Shown here one piece after another: positions 26,469 through 36,500 of a DNA stretch of 64,000 bases; position 1 is the stretch's first letter; each line of letters opens with the position of its first letter. Under the pieces are notes generated by a model. It saw nothing but the letters and a program-made list of their open reading frames with translations, made no database searches and was not told the origin of the DNA. The translations under genes were made by a program, and so were the position numbers. Source of the DNA: Azolla caroliniana (Eukaryota > Plantae > Polypodiophyta); contig JBHGNT010000022.1 of the NCBI GenBank assembly GCA_043228905.1, positions 9,114,001 to 9,178,000 of the forward strand. The letters run 5' to 3'.

Positions 26469-28936
26469 ATGCCGATTCCTGTGTCTGAAGAACTGCGACT
26501 GTGGCTTTATGAGAGAAACTTACAAGGTTTCATCAAAGTAGCAGAAGCGGAACCTCATCCATAGGCGGAAGAATTGGTACAACAATTAGACATCACCAAG
26601 GTCACCACAAAGAAAATACGAAATGCATTACAGATGCCAAGAGGAGGCTTTGAGGCAGTTAAAAAACCTTCATCAGAAGCACTCCAATCGTATTTCGGGG
26701 AATACTCACCCTCGGCAAAAGCATATCAGACTTATGGAGGTCGGGATGAGTTTTTCCATGAAGTGGCTAGATTTTTACTAGAGGTGGGATTTGTCAGTCC
26801 CCGTTTTTATTGTATGCCGAAAAAAAGGGCTGGGCTTATCATAGCCGCATACGAAAAAGAGGATTTCAACTGGCCACTATTGTCGGGGGAAGCTCTGAGA
26901 GAGCAGCTACAAGGGGTAAAAACAGGAAAACCAATGAAGCAAATTTTTGGTCGTTGGCTATCGGTATTGTTTCCGATTCAAGAATCGGAAACTCCTGTTC
27001 AGTCAAGAAGACCACCGATAGTACAAGCACCTCGAAGACACCGACAGGTAGTACATGAAGAATGGATAGAGGAAGAATCGGCACATGCCGATAATATACA
27101 AACGGATATGCCTCAGTCGGAACCACCAAGACCAGAGAATTCCGAAAACAGGCAACCAGCAGCCGAACAAGAAACAGTTGACCATTTGATAAACAAGCAG
27201 CAGCCGACAGAAAATCGACAACAAGCAGAGAAGATGCGACAAAGGACAAGGGTTAAACAAAAGGCTAATCGGCAATTCCAACCAGAAAACAGTGATGGGT
27301 CAGCACCGAAAAGGCAACGCACAAAGGAAAATTCGAATACGCCTGTAGTAGCAGAAGTAATAAAACCAGGGAATGAGAGCATTTCGACACAACCTCAACA
27401 AGGACAATCTTCAAAAGTAGCAATTCGGGAAGCACATGGGTGCTTGGATATTCCACCAGCAGCACATGAATTAGCTGCCATTTTACAGTTCGGAACTTCA
27501 TACGAACTGGTTGAATGGTTGGCTAAAAGATTGACAGAAGTATCAGAACGGCTGGCTCAAGAACATAATGACCGAATAATAATACAGAAGGCCTTACGAG
27601 GAGTGTTGGAACCTCAAGAAAAAGCAGAGATAGAGAAAATCGGCCGGAAAAGAAATGCACAGAATAGAGGGGAGGCTATTGAAATGCCACCATTACATGA
27701 AGCACTGGTCGAAATTCATAGAGAATATGAAACGGCACGCAAAGCAGCCAGTGATATGGCTGAAAGATACAAAAGTGTATCAGCATCGGCGGAGGTGCTG
27801 AAACATCAGTTTTGTAACATACAGGCAGAAAATAAAGAACTAAAAGAAAGTCTAAACAAATGGGAAACACAGGCACGGCCTATGGCGTCGGAGTCAGAAT
27901 GGCAGCAGAAATTGGAGGACGCTGAGAAAGCACGTCAAGCAGAAACAACAAGGGCCAACAATGTTGTATTTCGAACTACAGAATTAGAAAAACAAATAGA
28001 AACCATTCAGAATGGCCAATACAAAGTTCTCGAAGAAAAAAATCAATTAATAAACGAATTACATAAAAATCTAGAAGAAGCTAAGACGGCCAATCATACA
28101 TATACCGAGCAAATTGAGGAATTCGAAAGGTATATAGTGTCACAGGAAAGTCAATTGACAGAAAAAGAGCGGAGTCTTGAAGAAGTCAACAGAAGAATTA
28201 CGGAACACCAGGAGGAATGGAGCAAAGAGAAATCGGCATTCGAACAACAACTGAACAAAATTCGGAAGATATCGGAACAAAGGCGGCTGGACATATATGT
28301 AGTCGAATCCAAACTAATGCGGGCTGAAAGTGAAAACCGAGCCACTATTACAGATTTACGGAAAGAGTTGCAAACCGCTCAATACGTCGCAAGGATCACT
28401 AAGGACAAAGTGCAGCACATCATAGGGAAACATCGAAACCTAGCAAAGAAAATGATCGATGAATCCCTTGCGCAAGGATGGAAGTTATGGACGGCACAAG
28501 CGGCGGAATTACAGTTATTGCGTGCCGACAAAAATAACCGTCAGGTCCAAGGTGCAGGTTTTTTAAAATGGCACAAAAGGATATTGACAATATCCAAGAG
28601 GATATCATGAAAGATATGGACGAAATTGCGGCATTTTACAGAGAAGAAATTCAACGTATTATGCAAGAATTCGACAAAAATGATATAGGCACTTCCGTTC
28701 AGTTGGATAAAATCGAAGCCGAAAGAACCAGCAAGACTCCTGGTCTTCAAGCTCCCGGAAGAAGTGAACCAGAGCAGCCAACCGAATCACAACATTCAAA
28801 ACCTGCTCCAAATGACAACTGTGACACAGATAAAGATGAAGAGGAAGAGGAAGATATAGATGGAATACATCCAAGGCCAGAAGAGCCTTCGATTTTTGAT
28901 ATTCTGAACGATTCGGATGAAGAGCTACAGGAATAG
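26469..28936 (+). pseudogene. Extra ORF3 of element A (~820 codons): globular N-terminus, disordered linker, long coiled coil, acidic tail
   Basis: ATG 26469, in-frame TAG 26562, 678-aa open stretch, frameshift in the T-run ~28559, stop 28934-28936. The N-terminal FNWPLL..EALREQL is reminiscent of plant retrotransposon accessory (Athila/Transposase_32-like) domains, recalled from memory. Confidence 0.8.
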
Positions 28937-28980
28937 GCGTGGGTTCGCTGGACAAGGTCCTGGCCCACGGACGTGCCAAG

Positions 28981-29436
28981 TGTTACCCGGACCCGGACAG
29001 TCAGTTTTACCGAACAAGTGGGAAAGCGTCGAAAACGGAGTCGGTTCGGATCGACTGTTCGGATCAATGACTCAGCAGTGAACAAAGAGAACTAAGTTAG
29101 TTAGATAATTTTGTAATTCTTGATAGTAAGTAGGAATAGTTCTTGATGAGAAAAGACCTTCGGTATACCTATAAAAGGGAACCGAAGGCATTGTAAGAAA
29201 GGTCGTTTATTTAGTAATATAAGTTTAAGTTAGGAATATCATGTACGGATTTTGTGTTCTTTCTATTGTCTATGTTGTTAAGTGCAATCTTCCTAATTTA
29301 TAACTGAGTAACGATCACGGTAATTACCGATTAATATAGTATATTTCCATTCGTAAAACACAATTCCTTGTTAGAACGTTGAGTAGCGACGTTCACTCTT
29401 CTGTATCGATAGTAGTTAGTAATTAGCCGATTAACA
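28981..29436 (+). repeat. 3' LTR of element A
   Basis: Direct repeat of 20030-20485, followed by TSD ATCTC. Confidence 0.97.
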
Positions 29437-30632
29437 ATCTCAAAGAATTTTGGAGTTTGTTGAAGCGGAACAATTATTATGCATCCCTCCTAATAATGGG
29501 TTTATTTGGCAACAACTACAAAATATTGCATTGATGCAAGGTCCCTTACCTCTACAAACAAGAGAACAAATATGGATTGATTGGTGTTTACGGGGTCAAA
29601 CACCGTTGTTACAAGTGATTACTAATCTGTTGTATCATCACTCTGTTGAGTCACTTGGATGGTGATCATCTAAGGCTGAAGAAGAATGGAAAATGCACAA
29701 ATCTAATAATGGATGGTGGTAGATCTTACAACGTAGTTGGCATTGTAAATTTCCACTTGTAGCAAAGGTCTTCATTTGGAGAGTTTTGATTGGAGGATTG
29801 CCTTTGTGATTAGCTCTAAAGCATCGTGGACTAACAACAGATAATTGCTTCTTCTACACTGTTCAAATGGAAGATTGGTGTTTACGGGGTCAAACACCAT
29901 TGTTACAAGTGACTACTAATCTTTTGTATCATTGCTCTGTTGAGTTGCTTGGATGGTGATCATCTAAGGCTGAAGAAGAATGGAAAATACACAAATTTGA
30001 TAATGGATGGTGGCAGATCTTACAATGTAGTTGGCATTGTAAATTTCCTCTTGTAGCAAAGGTCTTCATTTGGAGAGTTTTGATTGGAGGATTGCCTTTG
30101 TGATTAGCTCTAAAGCATTGTGGACTAACAACAAGTAATTGCTTCTTCTACACTGTTCAAATGGAAGATAGTGCCCATCGATTTATACAATGTTCGATTG
30201 GTTGTCAGATTTGGAGTTACGTTCCTCAAAATTGGCAAGATTTATCATGGTGTGATTTGACACCTAAACAATGGGTGTTTGCACAATTTACACAAGTTGA
30301 CCCAAAATCAAAGATGGAGATCATTTTCCTATTTTTGAGATATTGGGGACTGTGTCATAATTGGAACATGCGCAATGATTTTGTATTCAATGGTAGACAT
30401 GGAGTGAAAGCATATCTACAAAAGTTGAAGGGAGTATTAATGTGACAATTTTCTTTATTGGAGCAAGTGAAAATTCTTTCCTTAGTGGAGTGTTTGTCTT
30501 GCCTATTGGCAATTCAACATGTTCCACAACCTATGTAGTGTAGTTAGTGGGTGACCATACTCTATTGTCACACTCATTGTAAGTAGTGTTTTTCACACAC
30601 ATTTATTAATATAATTGTGTTTTCACCACACA

Positions 30633-30676
<44 letters not shown>

Positions 30677-31199
30677 AAGAAAGAAATATTAACGTCTTCT
30701 ACGGCTAAAATTGGCCCATGAGACAAATGGTTTACAACAAAAAATGGGATATTTACCCATTCATCGAAAGTAAAAATAAAAATAGAGTTTTAAGCTAAAT
30801 AGTTATAGTAAAATAAAATAACAAACATGTTCTACAATGAAAATGATGTTATACTAGGCCTAATTTCATTTCCATCCAAGTCTCTCGAAGAGAAGCGGGA
30901 GGTCAAAGGGTTTCAATGTGGATGTGGCTCGTTGCCCCAATGTAAAAGGTACCCCAACCATAACTTCTAGTCGACGTAGCTCACATTCCCTTATCTTCTT
31001 AATCCTTTTTACTCCGTGTCGACTTGTTTTGAAGCCCAACATCCGAGGGCGTTTGATTGTTCTTTGCGTTTCGGCTTCCGAGAGAGAGAGAGAGGCCGAG
31101 CGGCGTAAGTGTATCCACATTCATCGTCTCCCCTTGTTCCTGAAAATTTACACTAGTTACAAGTTGATAAATAGTAAAAGGGTTATGGTTAACACTTTG

Positions 31200-31830
31200 T
31201 AATTTATTCTCCCTATGTTGTTTTAACTCTAAGATATACCTACCTAGTCTCTTTACATCCAGGGTATCTAATAGTTTGGAGAGGATGGGAGAGGGTCCTA
31301 ATATGTCTTGGTATTCCACTCATATCTCGGCATAAGTTGGGCACTTGCATGTGAAGTGATACTCATCCTCTATCTCTACGTGGCACAACCTACATAGCCT
31401 TTCCTCCCTAGGGACTCTATTAGCTCGACCATTCTCAATCTCAAGTTGGTGAGATGATATCCTAAGTTGTCTAATGGCAACCCTTAATGCATTTGATAAG
31501 AATATATCTAGATATTTTGGTCGTGTAATAAAACCTAACTGAGAGAAGTGCAATAAGTGTTCCTTGTAGATGGGAGTGGCTCTCGTGGGGTGATCCATTT
31601 ATATCGAGTGTAAATTTGCCATATTTCTTGGCGTATCACTTTATTACGGTCTTCATGAGATATTAGAGTTTGGTTAGTCCCATGGTTGTACTTAAGGGAG
31701 GGTAGGTTATTAATGTCTATGTCGTCTGCAAGTAACCCACTCACCACAGTGCTATACCAAGAGCTTGTGTCTCCAAACGCATGTAGGGATCGAGAATGCC
31801 TCAAAAGCTCGACGAGATATCCTATCTTGT
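31200..31830 (-). mobile_element. 3' fragment of a non-LTR retrotransposon
   Basis: QLRISSHQLEIENGR...ERLCRLCHVEIEDEYHFTCKCPTY is the C-terminal CCHC motif of LINE ORF2 proteins. Confidence 0.8.
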
Positions 31831-32038
31831 GGTTGGCTATGTATCCGATGAATAAAAACTACCACCAAGAAAACCGTAATAACAAAAAGGAAACAACCAA
31901 CAATTACAAAGAAGAGGAGAATGTGCTTATGTGGTCACCTTCTCTCTATGTTCTCTCACTACAACCACCTCTTGGAAAGGAGGTGGAGACTTAACTACCT
32001 AGTAACTATGTGCCATAGGACTTAACTTACGTGACACA

Positions 32039-32186
32039 TTAGTGATGGTACAAAGCGGTGGGATGTTCACACACTTGGCTATTCCTAAGGTGTGTTCCCA
32101 CACTAGGGAAGTTGAGTTTGATTCTCGATAGTAATTCCCTCTCTTTCAACTTGAATCGTGACCCTGAGCTTTGAAGGCATAAGATT
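32039..32186 (+). mobile_element. Possible tRNA-derived SINE
   Basis: A-box-like TAGTGATGG and B-box-like GAGTTTGATTCTC; the downstream 61 bp recur at 18404-18464 with 4 mismatches. Confidence 0.35.
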
Positions 32187-32627
32187 CACTGTTATACAAT
32201 TGACAAACGTGTATATTTTAAATTGCAATTTTTTATAGAACTTGAAAAGCAAGATTTTTTGTAGTGCCTTGGCACAATGGTCATATCTGCTGATTTCTTT
32301 TGTTTGGAGTTTGGAGCATGAAATTGTCCAAGTCTAGGGTAACCAAAAGTTGGTTTCAAAGTGACAACATGCACAACTATAGAACAACAAGAGCTCAATT
32401 ATTGACAACTCTCAAAGCTTATAATATCTCATACCAAAGCTCACTTTCCCCTACTAAAGTGTGGAGTACAAATTCTACAAAATAAATGTTTACCAAGGAA
32501 TGGTTCAAGACGATGATGACCAATCCAAATTCTATGTTCATTCATTAAGATTGACCACATCATCACAATTCCCTTGCATGCTCGCACTCAACCCACTGCA
32601 TGAATATGATCTTCCTATATAGCCAAT

Positions 32628-33190
32628 GATTTGAGCAACATTTGCACATTGGAGACCCACTAGGCATCAATGCAAAGGCATGGTGGCATTTGGGTGACAA
32701 ATGGTTCTCGTGCGCGCACAAAGTGTCGATGGGTCGGAACCCAAACCCACGAATCTAGACACATCGACACATTACAACAATCCAAGCAACATTTGCCCAT
32801 TGGAGACCCACTAGGCATCGATTCAATGACAAGGTCGCATTTGGGCGGCCAACGATTCCTGGGTGCAGATAGAAGAGTGTCGACGAGTCTGGACTCGAAC
32901 CCACAACAAATCTAGACTTATCAACACGTTACAACGATTTGAGCAACATTTTGCACTTTGGAGACCCACCGGGCATCGATTCAATGACAAGGTGGCATAT
33001 GGGCGGCCAACGACTCCTGGGCACAGGCAGAGACACATCGACACGTTAAAGCGATTTGTGCAACATTTGCACTTTGAAACGCCACGAGGCATCGATTGGA
33101 TGGCCATGGCACGATCGATTGGATGGCCATGGTGCAAATTGATTGAATGGCCATGGTGCGAATCAATTGAATGGCCATGATGCGAATCTG
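32628..33190. repeat. Tandem ~120-157-bp repeats followed by ~20-bp repeats upstream of ARPC1
   Basis: GCAACATTTGCAC.TTGGAGACCCAC..GGCATC at ~32634, ~32786, ~32943, ~33060, then four ATCGATTGGATGGCCATG-like units. Confidence 0.85.
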
Positions 33191-33405
33191 GGCGGCCAAA
33201 CGAATCCTGTGGCAACACATCCGTTCGCGCCCGAAAGCGCCTCGAATCTGAGAGACCCATCAAGACACTACTCTCTCTCTCTCTCTCTCTCATGAAATTG
33301 TCCTCTCAAGTCTAAATTACAAAGATATATATGTAAACCAGAAAGCAAAAGAAGAAAAGAAGACAAGAGCTCCTCCATCGCTTGCAGGTAGGTACACAAA
33401 AAGCT

Positions 33406-33505
33406 ATGGCAGCAGCTGTGGCTTCGCATCATCCTGCTGCCTGCATAACCTGCCATGTATGGAATGCAGATCTATCAAGTGAGTAAGCTTTCCTATTGTC
33501 AGGGC

Positions 33506-33541
<36 letters not shown>

Positions 33542-36500
33542 GCACGGAGTTAAGATCTTCTATCACACACTATGGAGGAGATATTTATTCTTATTTGCTT
33601 CATCAATGAATGTATACAGTGGTTGCTCTTTGCCCTAACAATAATGAAGTCCACATATACAAAGCCTCCCCTGCTCGTGATTTTAGTTGGGAGAGATTGT
33701 ATGTCCTACAACAGGTATGTGTACTTTATTCCATTTCTTCATTTTCTCATAGAACAGAACTTGTTGTTTGTGTGTCAGTAGAAATGCCGTTGGGAAGATC
33801 TGCATCATGTGACATTTGGTGAGAATAAGATATGCTTGAAATTCTTGTTCAGGTATATAATGGTTGAGAAAAGAGTCTGGGTGTGTTACATTCCTTTCAA
33901 CACTAGTGGTATTGGTCCAGCATGCCCATTTGGGGGGAAATAGTAAACAGTGAATTTTGATAAATTTTGTTGCCATCACATTGCTTAATGACAAATTAAG
34001 ATTATATTACAAAGGTAATCACCGCAACTCACCGTAACTCACCACATTTAACACATTATACCATGAATTTCTGTATATTATATTCAAATCTTGATTACGA
34101 ATTGCTTCTTACAATGCATGCTCATATGGTACAAAATTGAGATGTCCTAGGACACTCATGGGATACACACTCGTTCAGTTAACATTCTTATATTTACTTC
34201 CACAAATTAGGGTCCATAAGCTCTGGTGTTCTGATAAACAGAGAGGACCTTTCTATATTGGATTCCCACTATCTTAGTTTTTACACATTGAATTCACATC
34301 TATTAGTGAGTCCTACTAACTATATAAGTAAGAAATGCGTGTTATGGATCATATAAACGGGCTGGGTGTCATTATTAGTGTCCATCATGCATTATTTGGT
34401 GGGAGTAAAATACACATAGTATTTTGAAAAGGTTTATCATGGATGATAAATAGGTTGACTTGCCATTTTTATTCATCCATGACATGTCTGTGTTGTTATG
34501 GTATTTCATTGAACTTTAGGGTCCTCAGTTTGGAGTAGACCCATCATGCTAATATTATACACTTGACTATTGTTTAGCATATTATTGTAAACATACTCAC
34601 AACATAGTCTGGGGGTGAAGCTGAGGAGAAACTCCCTTGAAAGTAGAACTATTGAAATGTGATGACTTGGGAAAATAATAAGGTAAAGCAATGGGATGGA
34701 GAACAATATAGATTTTTTATCGTCCATATGAACCCACATAATTTCTAGTAATGGATGATAACCACTCCAGCACGTCCACAATGTATATCCCTTGGAGAGA
34801 AAGAGGAACAGTGAGACTGCAGGGACTCAACAATTATGACGATTTACTAAAAGCAGCTCCATCAAGTGGCCTGATGATGAAAAGTTTCACATAGAGATAC
34901 TAGGCTGGATGATGGGAGAACTCAAGAGTGTTCTCCTGTTGTGAATACATGATAGGGCTAGCAGAAACAATCAGCCAAAAAAATGCAATACCACAGAGAG
35001 AGAAGATCTACAACGAACATATATGGCAAATTTCCTTGACAAGTTGAGCTTTGGGAGCTGTAGAAGTAGGGTAAAGCCTACATAGAAATGAAGTGTTTAC
35101 AATGTTCTAGTGTGACTGCTAGTAAAAACTATATGTGGCTAGGTTGAATCAGAATTCACAATGTATATCTTACTGATGTAAATTTTTTAATTACGATGCT
35201 GTTCATTTAAAGGCGAATATGTTGCTCACTTTCTGTGCATCATGGAATGTTTGTAGTCAGTGCCTTAACGTAATAACCTTGACGAATGTCTGTCTTTTAT
35301 AAGTAACCCTGTTGTTGCTTTTGCTGATTATTTCTTCCTTCTCTTTCCTTTTAAATGATGTTGGCAGCATGATCAGTTGGTCTCAGGAGTTGATTGGGGC
35401 CCTATTGCCAATAAAATAGTGACAGCCTCTCATGACAGAAACTCGTAAGACCTTCAAAATTTAAAGCCTTGATACGTTATTGGTTTGAAGTTTAGTACTG
35501 TGTGCGCATGTAAACCTTGGATATAGTCAATCTTTAAATACTCTTGTGAGATAGTCCCTCTCTCAACCTATTCACAATTGGAAGAAAGAAGTTATTGTGG
35601 ATATATTTAAGCATCAGCCACTGAAAACTCATTGCATGCCAGTTCAACAAGAAGAAAACATGGCTTGCCTGTTCGTTGTAGAAAGTTGCATATATCTACA
35701 CATTTTCCTGACACAGCATTATTCTATTGAGCACCAGGTTATAAACATGATTGAATCTTTTCCATCTGTAACACCAGGGACAAAAAATTCTATTAATGGA
35801 GCATAACATGTCACGTCTAATAAGTCTCGATTTTCATTATAACCTACTGTGGACTATATGTGAATGCCTTGTAGGTATGTTTGGAGTTTTGAAGGAGATG
35901 TGTGGAATCCTGCACTGGTAATATTAAGACTAAACCGAGCTGCCATTTCAGTGAAATGGAGTCCCAAAGGCAAGAAGATTCAACTTTCTCTGTATTTAAG
36001 TCAAGATGGTGATTGCCAAAACTTTAAAATTTTTTAAAACTCTTATTTATGTATGTTTCATTTTCTGCCATGGACAGAGAATAAGTTTGCAGTTGGAAGT
36101 GGTGCAAAAAGTGTCTGCATATGCTATTACGAGAACGAAAATAATTGGTAAATGTCTAAAAGCCAAAAAGTGTGTAGGAGTAAAATGTCAAATACAGATT
36201 TCTTTGGCAGGAGATGGATTATCGCTGTCAAAATGCAAAAACTGATCTATAATTACTGACTGTCATAGTTCTCACTGTGATCAATGATAGGTGGGTGAGC
36301 AAGATCATACGCAAGAAGCACAATTCTACTGTCACAAGTGTTGCTTGGCACCCAAATAATGTGAGTAAAATGTTATTTAGAATTTTCCCTTTATCCTGCC
36401 CACTAAGAGCATTCTGTTTCTTTCATTGTTCAAATTTAAGATTTTGATTGGAAAAATACATGCATATCTACAGAGGGGATTATGGAAAATTAGTAAATCT

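Larger units (their letters stand above)
20030..29436 (+). mobile_element. Full-length non-chromovirus Ty3/gypsy LTR retrotransposon (element A) with an extra 3' ORF
   Basis: LTRs 20030-20485 and 28981-29436 (456 bp, TGTTA...TAACA, 5 differences); TSD ATCTC (20025-20029, 29437-29441); domain order GAG-PR-RT-RH-INT with a GPY/F-type tail and no chromodomain. Confidence 0.97.
19251..30636 (+). mobile_element. 5'-truncated decayed L1-like LINE, split by element A (parts 19251-20029 and 29442-30636)
   Basis: LGCPLG, AWVAWNHLATPKRLGGAGILNL, zf-RVT-like KVFIWRVLIGGLP...C..EDSAHRFIQC, W..RNDFVF. Has an internal ~294-bp tandem duplication (29578-30165) and (GA)n on both flanks. Confidence 0.8.

Noticed and set aside
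26574-28610. ORF3 as a retroviral-type Env or a captured host SMC/myosin gene
   Set aside because: No signal peptide, TM helix or ATPase motif is visible; coiled-coil resemblance alone is non-specific.
28937-28980. A genuine tRNA gene
   Set aside because: Only T-arm-like and acceptor-3'-like parts are present; there is no D arm, anticodon arm or 5' acceptor strand. Kept as a mimic only.
33088-33190. CRISPR-like array
   Set aside because: Head-to-tail ~20-bp units with no unique spacers, no cas genes and a eukaryotic context.
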